Positions 24,149-38,733 of a stretch of 64,000 nucleotides of DNA are shown piece after piece. The notes beneath the pieces are model-generated. The model worked only from the letters and a program-made list of their open reading frames with translations, did not search any database and was not told where the DNA came from. Source of the DNA: Leucoraja ocellata (taxonomy: Eukaryota); the NCBI GenBank assembly GCA_036785375.1, contig JAWMAR010000001.1, positions 9,114,001 to 9,178,000 on the forward strand, written 5' to 3'. Both the position numbers and the translations under genes were made by a program. Positions within the stretch are counted from its first letter, which is position 1, and every line of letters starts with the position of its first letter.

Positions 24149-27100
24149 CATGGATACTCAATATCCATGTAACTAATGGATTTGTGAGATGTAGTTCGGA
24201 AGGACCACTGTTTTGTGGTTGAATCCAGGCCAAAATATGTCTGTAGTCGTGATGGTGCTGTTTCAGGGTCCTGCACAAATTTAGAAGAAGCTTTCCATAA
24301 AAAAATATTTCTCCTTACTCGGGGTCCAAATGTCTGTACAAGCAGCAAAGGTGCATGAAGACTAGTCACCAGATTTGCCTCACTGTTGGATAGCATCACG
24401 TCTTCGTTAACAAAGAATGTGCGCCGGTTATCAAATACAGACATGAGTCATCCTTTCACTATTCACAATTTGTGGAGTCTTATCTCCTACCAAATGTGTC
24501 TTGATAGTATTTCCCCAGCAATATGCCAACAGTTGTAAATGCCTCTCTTATTTTAAGTTAGATCACTTTTTCTTTTCCACACCAAACAAAAATATTCAGG
24601 CAAATCTTTCTTGTGAAATGTGGCACGCAATCCAAAGAAAGTGAAAGATTAGATTAAAAATGAACTAGATTGTGTATAGAGAACAGTTGGCGGGGGCTTT
24701 CATTACTGGTGGATTTATGCAGTAAAATTCCACAGGGGTCTGTTCTGAAAACGTCACTAATTGTGCAAATGGAAGGAAGGGCCGTAATGAAGTCATTTGC
24801 TGATGATAGTCATTTGCTTGTTGGCCTGATTAGTCACGAGATTGATCAATCTGAGTTGTAGACTGCAAGAAATTGTCAAAGGCCTATGTAGATGGGCACA
24901 ATTGTGGAGGATAGGATTTAAACTAGAGAAGTATGAGAATGTGTTTGGGTAGGGCAAACAAGCCAAGGACGTGCATATTATATGTTAGATGTAAAATGTG
25001 AAAATAAACTTTGGGGGTGCATGTCTACTAATCTCTGCACAACTATAATAAGAATCCAGGATAGGATGAAAGTCAAAAAGTTACTATGAATGCTGAAAAG
25101 TTGAAATATTTAAAAAAAAAACTACTGGAAGCACTAGGCTCAGAAGCATCTGTGGAAAGAGGTTGGGTCAAGGAAGCTGTTTTCCAGCTCTGGTTAAAGT
25201 AGTGTTATGGCATTGGATTCTTAACTTTTATCAGCTGAAAATAGAGCACAAACGCATGGAGGAAATGCTGAAATTGTATAAAGCACTAATTAGAGCACAG
25301 CTAGAGATCTCTGCACAGTTGTATTCTCAACATAATGGAAAAGTATGATAGCACTAGATAGAATGTGCAATAGATTTGACAATCTTGCTAGGGCTGAACA
25401 GTTTTGGTTATGTGCGTTATGTGCAGAGGTTGGTGGACCAGCGTTGTTTTATTGGAACAAACGTGGTAGAGGGCAGACTTAATTGAAGTGTATAAACCAT
25501 TGAAAGGCTTGGATAGTTGAACAGGAAGTGCTTTTTTTTTGTGGAGGTCAATAACTGTGGGACATTGATTTTAGCTGGTGAAAGATTTAGTGGAGATTTG
25601 AGCAATCTCATTCGCACCAAGACAGTAGTGGATTGTCTGAGACTAGTGCAGCAGCAGTAATTCTCATTGCCATTATAAAAAAACTTTGAACACTTGAAGA
25701 GACCCTGAACCAATAGATGGGCATCAAGATTAACAAAATAGTTCCTGTCTTTGGTTGGGGAGTCAGAATGTCACCTTCTTGCACTGTAAATTTAATTCTA
25801 GAATAAGGGAATTAGGGATGGAGAAATTGTCTGTCTGCAAGCCTATTATTCAAGCCTATTTAGGAATCATTGTTACTGAATGCACAGCGAAACCATAATT
25901 GCTTTATGATTTATTCCAACCGCAAACCCGTCTGTTTTAATGTTCCCCTTGCATCTCTTTGCATCTGATGCATTCTGCAATTTCCACAACTTTTATGTGC
26001 TGTAACTGATCAACATGGTCATCGTTCAACAGCATCTTGAGTTAAAATGTCTTACCCTCATAACCAAATCTCCCATCATAGCTTATATATGACTATTTTT
26101 CAGCTTCAGTCTTCTCCAAACAGATATCCCATGCCCACTATGCACCTCTCACATCTCTCATGTCATTCCCCCCTCCCCCACTATATTATTCACTCTGCCT
26201 TTAAGAACCAATGATCTGTGCTGTCCATTCTGTTAAGCTCCTCAAAGGCTTTCCTTGAAACCCACTTTTTTGACCAAGCTTCAGTTTACCTCACCTAATA
26301 TTTCCTCCTCTGGCTCAGAGTCTGTTTGTTTATTTTTTTAAATATAGCTCTATGAACACCTGAGTGTGTTTTTCTATATTGAAGTGTTCGATAAATTGTG
26401 TCACTTTTGCGTAATGCTCTCATATCTCCCCACCACCTTCCTCCATCAATGAAAGTAAAATTGGAAACACATTGCCACGGAAGGCTGTGGAGGTTGTCAG
26501 TGGTTATTTCTAAGGCAGAGATAGATTCTTGATTAGGTTCTTGTCAAAGGTTATGGGGATAAGGCAGGAAAATGGGATTAGGAGGCAGTGATCAGCGGAA
26601 TAGCGGAATAGACACGATGGGCCGAATGGCCTAATTCTACTCCTATTACCTGTGAACTTGTGAAACCTTTTACCAATAATATATTGTAATATCTGATTAA
26701 TGCCTAATTATTAAAGAACAACACAAAACAAGTTAATATTGGAAAATTAAAAACACAGGTCTTTGATAGTGGCATTTTGATACTGGCATAGCATTTCCAA
26801 GTGCTGCTTTACTTTTCTCTTGTAGGGTATGCCCTTTGATTTCTTTGCACTGTGGTGATGGGCGGGTATTTCTGTGATTAGTGAGGCTGTATGTGGTTTG
26901 GAACACAGACATTTATGTATGATGTAATGTTGCTTGTTGTTGGTGTTACTGCTTGGCACAGTGGCTTCGTCTGGTGAAGAGGTGTAACAGCAATCTGAGG
27001 TTTCTGGGTGTCCTGCCTGGCCGCTTTTTAATGTTTCTGAGGACTGCACAAATACTGATGGCACCAAATGAAAATTAATAAGATTTTTGTTTCGCTCAAT

Positions 27101-29664
27101 TAGGTCATATTCTATAAAAGCTGAGTTAGTGTTTGTTATATTAGATGCTAGTTGAAACCAGCAATTCATGGCAGCTGATGATGGCACAACAATTCTGGCC
27201 TAGAAAGGGAGTAATTGGGGTTCACACAGAATCTCATTAAAGAAAATAAGAATTTAGGTGATGTATTGATCTCCCTTTTCGCACCAAACCTGGATTGGAT
27301 AATACAGGATTACCACCAAAAATGTGATAGCCAAACTGATGACAAATGCATTATGATCTTTGAAATCCATCAATTTTTCCCCTTTTCACAATAGTACTCT
27401 TATGTTAGAAGAGCAATTAATAAATGGCTCAGACTAACATTTTGAATCTCAAGAAACAAAACCCTGCAGCTTTTCCATTCTTGTAGTCATGGTGATGCAG
27501 AATGAAGAGGGTTCTTTAGCCTTACAAGCCACTTTTAATAATCATTACTCCACAGCTGACTATATTTTAAATTTCAATATGCACCCTGTCACTGAAACTT
27601 TCAGCACCCTTGTCATAATACTGATTATTATTTCAGATTCACCATGGGTGGGGAAAAAAGTCAGGTACTTGCTGTTGAGCACATTTTTGTACTACCCCTG
27701 TAAAAAGGAACCAAAATGATTCTATAAAACAATAAAGTTCCTGTTGGAGCCAAATATATATTTGGTGCATTTTTATTTCTTTATATTTGTGTTTCTGCAG
27801 TCTTCAGAATTATTTTAAAAAATGTTCAATAAAACTTCACATTTCCATACTGAGAGCAACTTTTCAGAACGCTGGTTTTCTTGATTAAGATTTCATATTG
27901 ACAGTTGCCTCTTGTAATCACGTGAGGGCATGCCTTTGATTTTAACCGCAGCTGCTGCATGCTGGACCAATTGGTATAAAGAGAAAGATAAATGTCAATT
28001 AAGTAACAGTGGAGATGCATTTTGTTCCTCACTGGCCTTTATTGCGGAGCTGACCAACACAACTATACGTGAGTAATGGGAGCGGGCGTGGCTGCATGCT
28101 GCGCATTGTTCTTGCTACAGGAAATATGTCTCGTATTGTTATGGGTAACATCAAGACTTGTCATCCCACCTAGCACCATAAATATTTTTCCTCCATATTC
28201 AATTTATTATTTAATGATAAACAGTAAAGCAACCAAATGTGGTGGTAAGTGTCGCTTTGCCAAATTTTAAAAAGAATGCTTAACAATATTGAGAATAAAG
28301 AAAAAATAATAAAAACCGGATAGTTACGCTACATGTTTGTACAGCTTGAATCTGATATAATATGATTGATGAATTAGGGAATACCATTCAAAATACTTGG
28401 GCTGAATCCGTTATAATGTGATTTTGATTGGGAACCAGAGTTTAGTCTAGTTTATTGTCATGTGTAACGAGGTACAGTGAAAAGCTTTTTGTTGCATGGT
28501 ATCCAGTCAGCGTATACATGATTACAATCGAGCTGTCCACAGTGTACAGATACAGGATAAGGAAATAAAGTAGAGTGCAAGGTAAAGCCCATCAACGAAC
28601 GATTTATAAAGTTACTTTGGAAACTGACATGTAAGGTAAAAAGCAGTTTTTGATTTAAATAGATTAGTGGGGGTAGATGACCTGTTTCCATGTGACCGTC
28701 CCACAGTAATTGGACACCAGTGCCTCAAGAACGGTAATAATTTTAACCAAAGGTGGTCTTTGGAATAGACAAGCACTTCTATGGATACTTGTACTGTTAA
28801 ACGATGTACTGTCCAGCCTGAAGTATTTTAGCTTACTATTCAAAAGGCCTTTATTTTTGAAAATCCTATTGATAAAATAACTTTGCGATCCGAATCTCTC
28901 TCGCCCCTAATCCCTTTTCCTTCATTAACAAAATTGTTTTTATGATGTAACTTGAGGGTTCTTAGCAACAATCCCATTCTAGCTGAGCAACCTGTACTAA
29001 CATTTTGCTTTTGGTCAATCCATATTTAAAAAACATTGACCTGCCCCTGTCATGTTGGGTTTGAATGTTAGTCTATATAGTCGGGCATTCTGTCTTTTAT
29101 TACCTCTTCATTTTCTGCAGGTGGCCTTGGGTGAGATTTGACAAAACAGGAATGTCACCACAAGACTTACTGCTGTAGGGTTTGATGTTAGATGTTTATC
29201 AAAAGGGGATTAAATTAGCTAGTACAATACCGCTCTGTGCATGCAGATGGAAAATGATTTCACTGGTATGATTTCACTGGTATAAAATGATCACACCAAA
29301 GTTGGAATAGTTTGGGGCTGGCCTCTGCTTGCTTTTTGAAAAATATTTTTGAAAGTTAAATTAAACATCTCTTTTTGTCAGCAACGAAGCCTAGCATTCA
29401 GGATCATGAAATCATTTCATTTAATACCTCCTTTCACCAGCGATGTCTTCAAACATAAATATTATTGGATGTTTTTACAATAGTAACTGTTTACTTCAGT
29501 GAGTTAATTACTGATTGGAAAATTTGGATGCCAAGTCTTGGTTGTTGGGACTAACCTTTGTTTCCATAGTTTGAGAATGGAGAGCCAGTGAATGATCATT
29601 CTTTCTCTTTCCTCTGTTTAGTATCTCCTCTAGTTGTGGTTTATTATTTTAATTAATATTCTAG

Positions 29665-29754
<90 letters not shown>

Positions 29755-30263
29755 TAATCGTGATTATTGAAGAGGAATATGCAACTGAACCTTGGATTTT
29801 AATTCCTTAAATTAGAAATGAACATTTATTTGCTCTTTCCCCCAAATCAATGCACTAGTGTATCTTGGAATGACACCACAAGCTTCATTTACTGCTTGTA
29901 ATGGTTACAAGGATGGGAGAATGGTAGTTGTGTTCAGCACTGAAGGATTCTGCACTTCTCTGAATTCTGCCCATTTGCCAGAGCTTTGATAGTTATAGTA
30001 CTGAAAAGTTATATTGGAATTAGATCTCCATGTAACTTCTATAAAAGGACAGCTGAGATTGGGGAATCTGAGGTATGCAGTACTTCATGATACCATCAAA
30101 CTGTCTATTGCCCCATGTTTCTGGGTTTTCTGAAAAGGGCACTAAATACAAGGACCCTTGGTAATAACATAGGTAATATTACCCTAGGTAATAACAGAAA
30201 ACAGATGGTATATTTTTTTATTAACATAGATGATCTTGTATTAAGCTTTGTTTTTAATTCTGA

Positions 30264-30479
<216 letters not shown>

Positions 30480-30817
30480 TAACCATATAACACCATATAA
30501 CAATTTACAGCATGGAAACAGGCCATCTCGACCCTTCTAGTCCGTGCCGAACACATATTCTCCCCTAGTCCCATATACCTGCGCTCAAAGATGTCCTCAA
30601 AGATTTCAGTTTATGAGATGGGTTATAGCTAACTTAGTTAGTCAGCATGGTTTTGTACATGGGAGGCAGTGTGTCACAAATCTGATTGCGTTTTTTGACG
30701 ACATGACCAAAATGGTCTATGAGGGCAGAGTTGTAGATGTTGTATATATGAACCAGCAAAGCTTTCGACAAGGTTCCGCATGTTAGGCTGCTTTGGAAGG
30801 TTAGATCGCATGTGATC

Positions 30818-33750
30818 TAATATAAGGGGTAAGAGTGTTGTAAAAACAAGCCTGAAGGCTTTGTGTCTCAATGCAAGGAGCATTCGTAATAAGGTGGATG
30901 AGTTGAATGTGCAGATAGCTATTAATGACTATGATATAGTTGGGATCACGGAGACATGGCTCCAGGGTGACCAAGGCTGGGAGCTGAACATCCAGGGATA
31001 TTTAATATTCAGGAGGGATAGACAGAAAGGAAAAGGAGGTGGGGTAGCGTTACTGATTAGAGAGGGGATTAATGCAATGGAAAGGAAGGACATTAGTTTG
31101 GAGGATGTGGAATCGGTATGGGTAGAGCTGCAAAACACTAAGGGGCAGAAAACGCTGGTGGGTGTTGTGTACAGGCCACCTAACAGTAGTAGTGAAGTTG
31201 GAGATGGTATCAAACAGGAAATTAGAACTGCGTGCGACAAAGGCAAAACGGTTATAATGGGTGACTTCAATCTACATATAGATTGGGTGAATCAAATTGG
31301 CAGGGGTGCTGAGGAAGAGGATTTCTTGGAATGTATGCGGGATAGTTATCTAAATCAACATGTAGAGGAACCAACGAGAGAGCAGGCTATTTTAGACTGG
31401 GTATTGAGTAATGAGGAAGGGTTAGTTAGCAATCTTGTTGTACGTGCCCCCTTGGGCAAGAGTGACCATAATATGGTTGAGTTCTTCATTAGGATGGAGA
31501 GTGACATTGTTAATTCAGAAACAATGGTTCTGAACTTAAAGAAAGGTAACTTTGAGGGTATGAGACGTGAATTGGCCAAGATTGACTGGCAATTAATTCT
31601 AAAAGGGTTGACGGTGGATATGCAATGGAAGACATTTAAAGACTGCATGGATGAACTACAAAAATTGTTCATCCCAGTTTGGCAAAAGAATAAATCAGGG
31701 AAGGTAGTACATCCATGGATAACAAGGGAAATCAGGGATAGTATCAAAGCGAAGGATGATGTGTACAAATTAGCCAGAAAAAGCAGCATACCGGAGGACT
31801 GGGAGAAATTCAAAGACCAGCAGAGGAGGACAAAGGGCTTAATTAGGAAAGGAAAAATAGATTGTGAAAGAAAACTGGCAGGGAACATAAAAACTGACTG
31901 CAAAAGTTTTTATAGATATGTGAAAAGAAAGAGATTAGTTAAAACAAATGTAGGTCCATTGCAGTCAGAAACAGGTGAGTTGATCATGGGGAACAAGGAT
32001 ATGGCGGACCAATTGAATAACTACTTTGGTTCCGTCTTCACTAAGGAAGAAATAAATAATTTGCCGGAAATAGCAGGGGACCGTGGGTCAAAGGAGTTGG
32101 AGGAATTGAGTGAAATCCAGGTTAGCCGGGAAGTGGTGTTGGGTAAATTGAATGGATTAAAGGCCGATAAATCCCCAGGGCCAGATAGGCTGGATCCCAG
32201 AGTACTTAAGGAAGTAGCTCCAGAAATAGTGGATGCATTAGTAATAATCTTTCAAAACTCTTTAGATTCTGGAGTAGTTCCTGAAGATTGGCGGGTAGCA
32301 AACGTAACCCCACTTTTTAAGAAGGGAGGGAGAGAGAAAATGGGGAATTACAGACCAGTTAGTCTAACATCGGTAGTGGGAAACTGCTAGAGTCAGTTAT
32401 TAAAGATGGGATAGCAGCACATTTGGAAAGTGGTGAAATCATTGGACAAAGTCAGCATGGATTTACGAAAGGTAAATCATGTCTGACGAATCTTATAGAA
32501 TTTTTCGAGGATGTAACTAGTAGCGTGGATAGGGGAGAACCAGTGGATGTGGTGTATCTGGAATTCCAGAAGGCTTTCGACAAGGTCCCACATAAGAGAT
32601 TAGTATACAAACTTAAAGCTCAAGGCATTGGGGGTTCAGTATTGATGTGGATAGAGAACTGGCTGGCAAACAGGAAGCAAAGAGTAGGAGTAAACGGGTC
32701 CTTTTCACAATGGCAGGCAGTGACTAGTGGGATGCCCCAAGGCTCAGTACTGGGACCCCAGCTATTTACAATATATATTAATGATCTGGATGAGGGAATT
32801 GAAGGCAATATCTCCAAATTTGCGGATGACACTAAGCTGGGGGGCAGTGTTAGCTGTGAGGAGGATGCTAGGAGACTGCAGGGTGACTTGGATAGGCTGG
32901 GTGAGTGGGCAAATGTTTGGCAGATGCAGTATAATGTGGATAAATGTGAGGTTATCCATTTTGGTGGCAAAAACAGGAAAGCAGACTATTATCTAAATGG
33001 TGGCCGATTGGGAAAGGGGGAGATGCAGCGAGACCTGGGTGTCATGGTACACCAGTCATTGAAGGTAGGCATGCAGGTGCAGCAGGCAGTAAAGAAAGCG
33101 AATGGTATGTTAGCTTTCATTGCAAAAGGATTTGAGTATAGGAGCAGAGACGTTCTACTGCAGTTGTACAGGGTCTTGGTGAGACCACACCTGGAGTATT
33201 GCGTACAGTTTTGGTCTCCAAATCTGAGGAAGGACATTATTGCCATAGAGGGAGTGCAGAGACGGTTCACCAGACTGATTCCTGGGATGTCAGGACTGTC
33301 TTATGAAGAAAGACTGGATAGACTTGGTTTATACTCTCTAGAATTTAGAAGATTGAGAGGGGATCTTATAGAAACTTACAAAATTCTTAAGGGGTTGAAC
33401 AGGCTAGATGCAGGAAGATTGTTCCCGATGTTGGGGAAGTCCAGGACCAGGGGTCACAGCTTAAGGATAAAGGGGAAATCCTTTAAAACCGAGATGAGAA
33501 GAACTTTTTTCACACAGAGAGTGGTGAATCTCTGGAACTCTCTGCCACAGAGGGTAGTTGAGGCCAGTTCATTGGCTATATTTAAGAGGGAGTTAGATGT
33601 GGCCCATGTGGCTGAGGGGATCAGGGGGTATGGAGAGAAGGCAGGTACGGGATACTGAGTTGGATGATCAGCCATGATCATATTGAATGGCGGTGCAGGC
33701 TCGAAGGGCCGAATGGCCTACTCCTGCACCTAATTTCTATGTTTCTATGT
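30818..33750 (+). mobile_element. Young CR1 LINE with near-complete ORF2 (APE endonuclease + RT) and one frameshift
   Basis: ORF 30861-32390 has LNARS, ITETW, GDFN and SDH. ORF 32423-33658 has QKAFD, PQGSVLGP and FADD. It ends in a TTTCTATG tail and has an ATGTGATC duplication (30810-30817 and 33747-33754). Confidence 0.95.
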
Positions 33751-34712
33751 GATCCAAGGAGAGATAGTTGAATGGATAGAAAATTGGTTTCATGGAAGGA
33801 AGCAGAGGGTGATGGTGGAAGGTTGCTTCTCAGACTGGAGGCCTGTGGCTAGTGGTGTACCTCGGGATTCGGTACTAGGCCTGTTACTGTTTTGGATCGG
33901 AACATGATTTGGATGGGAACATACACGGCAAGATTAGAAAGTTTGCTGATGATACAAAAGTGGGTGTTTTTACAGATAGTGAAGATAGTTGTGAAGAATT
34001 GCAGCAGGATCTTGATCGATTGGCCAAGTGGGCTGAAGAATGGTTGATGGAATTTAATACAGAGAAATGTGAGATGTTACATTTTGGGAAGCCTAACATG
34101 AGCAGGACCTACAAAGTGAATGGTAGGGCTCTGCGGAGTGTTGTAGAGCAGAGGGATTTAGGAGTGCAGGTGCATGGTTCCTTGAAGGTGGAGTTGCAGG
34201 TAGATAAGGTAATCAAAAAGGCTTTTGGCACATTGGCCATTAGTCAGAGTATTGAATATAGAAGTTGGGAAGTCATGTTGCAGTTGTATAAGACATTGGT
34301 GAGGTTGCATTTAGAGTATTGTGTTCACTTCTGGGCAGCGTCTTATAGGAAAGATGTTATCAAGCTGGAAAAGGTACAAACAAGATTTACGAGGATTTTG
34401 TCGGGACTCGAGGGTCTGAGCTAAAAGAGAGGTTGAGTACGCTGGTATTCTATTCCTTGTAGCGCAGTAGGATGAGGGGTGATCTTATAGAGAGGGGATA
34501 AACACAAAGGGTGGTGGATGTATGGATCAAGCTGCCAGAGGAGGTAGTTGAGGCTGGGACTATCCCAGTATTTAAGAAACAGTTAGACAAGTACAGGGAT
34601 AGGACAGATTTGGAGGTATATGGACCAAATGTGGGCAGGTGGGACTAGTGTAGACGGGCCAGTGTGGCAAGTAGGGCCGAAGGGCCTGCTTCCACACTAT
34701 CACTCTATGACT
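33751..34712 (+). mobile_element. Older CR1 subfamily fragment that hosts the young CR1; its upstream part is at about 30590-30815
   Basis: ORF 33909-34424 (KFADDTKV...LEKVQTRFTR). The sequence joins continuously with 30590-30815 once the insertion is removed. Confidence 0.85.
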
Positions 34713-35451
34713 AATACGTACTTGGATTTGAACCAGACTTCCACTGCCCATTCATCTCCCTTTCCTCCACGTATCCAGATTGATTTGTATATTGAAGTTA
34801 CTTGCAGCATAAGAGTAAATATCATTGAGCATATAGTGTCAGAAGTGGATGACAATCCTTCAATGTAAAAAAAATGTTTGCCATACATATGTCAATTGTT
34901 AAGTTCCTTTGAGTTTACTCTAATATGAGAGCTCTTTTAAGATGTTATTTTCAATTGCTATTAAATTCATTGGTTTCAGTTGAACAAATACACTGATCTA
35001 CATTGGAAATCATATTTAACCTTCAATCAAAAGCCCCGTCTGAATAATGTGGATCCCTTTTGAGAACCTTTTGAGTGGCAAAGTGGAATCTGGGAAGAGT
35101 TGATGAGAATATAGGAAGAATAAAAATGTGGTTAACATAGGATTAGTCTAAATAGGGTCAACGGTTGGTGCAATCGTGGGCTTATAGGGCCTGTTTTCAT
35201 GCTTTATCTTTCTATAACACTTTCTATTCTCTTTTAACAGGGAAGGAGATAGTTGGAATACAACCTTGTTTAATCTTGCATAGATCCCAGTTAATTTTGA
35301 ATGTTATAGGCTGGTGGTGATAGATTTGCCACCGGTGTTATTCGTATGACAGTAGTTTATGAAACATAATCTCTCAAGGAGAAATCTCACCCCTGACTTT
35401 GCAGTTCTGCACATCGTTAGTTCTCTAATTTGTATCATTTTCTGCTTATGA

Positions 35452-36039
<588 letters not shown>

Positions 36040-37134
36040 TAGGAAACAATTGATTAATTCACATTTTTTCCCTTCAGGATGGAATTGGCTCAAATGTTTA
36101 CTGTGCAGTTCTAATCCAGCAATTGCTGTTGGGACAGGTAACAATTATCATCTGTCCTTTTTCAGTCTTGCCAGAATTTAAAATTCAAACCTAAACAAAG
36201 TTCAAACATTCTGGGAGTAAAATCATAGAACATTTAAAAAAAGAATGTTTTATTATTTTTCTTTTTCTTTAATAATTTTTGTTTTAAGAATATTTAAGTT
36301 GGAGAAATGTTGCTCTAAGACAGCCAACTGCCAACTGCCAGGAAAACAACAAACCAAAGTTGATGATACAATCTGTTGTGCTTGGAATAGACTAACAGTA
36401 TATTGATTCTGTAACTGGATGATGATCTGGATTGACTCTTAACTATTATTTCCTCCAGTTGAATTGATTTTCTCTGCAACAAATCTGAATCGGGGAGAAA
36501 AATGAAGAATTTCTGGTCATATTTAGCTGTGTTCAATTACTGCAATAAAACTGGCATCTTAATGTTCACTAGTTACAGTAATTCCATTGGCCTTCAGCAA
36601 TTGCAGTTATTTTTTTTATAAAGGTTTTGGTATTCTAGAAACTCAGATTTATTTCCCATTCCCTTTAAACTCACCAGCATTCAGCTTCTGTGGTCTTTAA
36701 ACTCAATGGGTTCATTAAAGCAATTATTTTACTACGGTGTAACATTTAACAAAGAAGTGAAATTAAAGTTTCTTGGGCTATTAATAAGAGCAACAATCAA
36801 TGGTCTAGAAAATTTGGCAGTTCCATGCCACAAAGTTTCGAGGGAGCCGGATTCTTTGAGTTTTACAGTATTTCATGAAATGTTCCTTGTGTGTCGTAGA
36901 ATTTGTCGAAATCACTCAAATTCCTGTTGTTCTCATATACATACTGGAATCTATATTGGACATTGTTGCATTTTATATTGATGGGAAAATGAATTATTCA
37001 AATGAACATCGTGCATGCCCAAGAATAAAAGTTGCCTAAATGTTTCAAGTTTATGTAGTGATTCGTGATAAAAGTTTATAGTTATAAGTAGTAGACTTTA
37101 CTATAGTGGTAGTCAGTCAGTCAATTTATTTGTA

Positions 37135-37735
37135 TAACATATAACCCATATAACAATTACAGCACGGAAACAGGCCATCTCGGCCCTACAAGTCCATGCC
37201 GAACAATTTTTTTTCCCCTTAGTCCCACCTGCCTGCACTCGTACCATAACCCTCCATTCCCTTCTCATCCATATGCCTATCCAATTTATTTTTAAATGAT
37301 ACCAATGAACCTGCCTCCACCACTTCCACTGGGAGCTCATTCCACACCGCCACCACTCTCTGCGTAAAGAAGTTCCCCCTCATATTACCCCTAAACTTCT
37401 GTCCCTTAATTCTGAAGTCATGTCCTCTTGTTTGAATCTTCCCTATTCTCAAAGGGAAAAGCTTGTCCACATCAACTCTGTCTATCCCTCTCATCATTTT
37501 AAAGACCTCTATCAGGTCCCCCCTTAACCTTCTGCGCTCCAGAGAATAAAGACCTAACTTATTCAACCTATCTCTGTAACTTAGTTGTTGAAACCCAGGC
37601 AACATTCTAGTAAATCTCCTCTGTACTCTCTCTATTTTGTTGACATCCTTCCTATAATTTGGCGACCAAAATTGTACCCCATACTCCAGATTTGGTCTCA
37701 CCAATGCCTTGTACAATTTTAACATTACATCCCAG
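37135..37735 (-). mobile_element. CR1 LINE 3' fragment with an uninterrupted C-terminal frame
   Basis: ORF 37219-37842: LYKALVRPNLEYGVQFWSP...FFTQRVVAVWNELP. Confidence 0.9.
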
Positions 37736-38733
37736 TATAGCACATTTAAAAACAACTCATGTTGACCAAAGTGCTGTACATCAGTGCAGATACAATTGTT
37801 ACATACAATGGCACACAGACCTAACAATACATACATAAGCATTCACTTAAACTAATTACTTTATTGCTTTAGTTTCAAGTTTTGCATCATTTATGGATGA
37901 TTAGATTAAATTGCAGCATTGGAGGTGCTCTGTGAATTGAGTCTTTTTAAATGCAGAAGCACACATGACCACCATTAACTTTCACCCAGAATGTGCAAAT
38001 AAAGACTCATTGTTGGTCAGCATCTTTGAAAAGTTCATATTGAGCGTCCAATCCTCCTTGGAACGATAAAATGCCAAAAGCTAACAAATTCTGAACAAGT
38101 ATAGGTGCCGGAAAGGTGGTGGCACTGAGGTGGGGTGAATAAACAAAATGGGTCGTTCTATAAAAGCAGGTGGTTAAATGATAAAAGTGATGATGGATCA
38201 AAACAAAAAAGGCGATGACCATAATATAAGCAAAATTAAAGTTGAATTAAGGAAAGATGTAAGGAGAATTAGAGTAGTTGTAAAAGATGAGAATTGGAAT
38301 AATGGAATCAAAGGACATTTATTGTCACATACACCAATTGGTGTAGTGAAATTTGAGTTTCCATTGCAAAAAATACTATCATTAGATGTGTGTAATACTG
38401 TAATAGTTGCTGCATTGGATAATATAACCAGGGAAAAATATCTTGTTACACACTTTGATTGTTCGTAATCATTTCAAACTTGTTTGTGACTGGAAAAGCA
38501 TTTTGAATTAGAGTTAAGGGTTACTGACTTGAATCTCACCTGATTGTGCTGGCAGTGAATCTAGTTTGAAGTCACATTTTAAAAGCACCATATAAAAACC
38601 ACAATGATTTCAGCATTGAAATATGTCTACGGGTTTGTTTTCATTCCATGTGGGATATCACCATCAACAACACCACAGTCACATCTGTGGAGTCTTTTAA
38701 GTTTCTTGGAACTATCATCTCCAATGACCTTAA

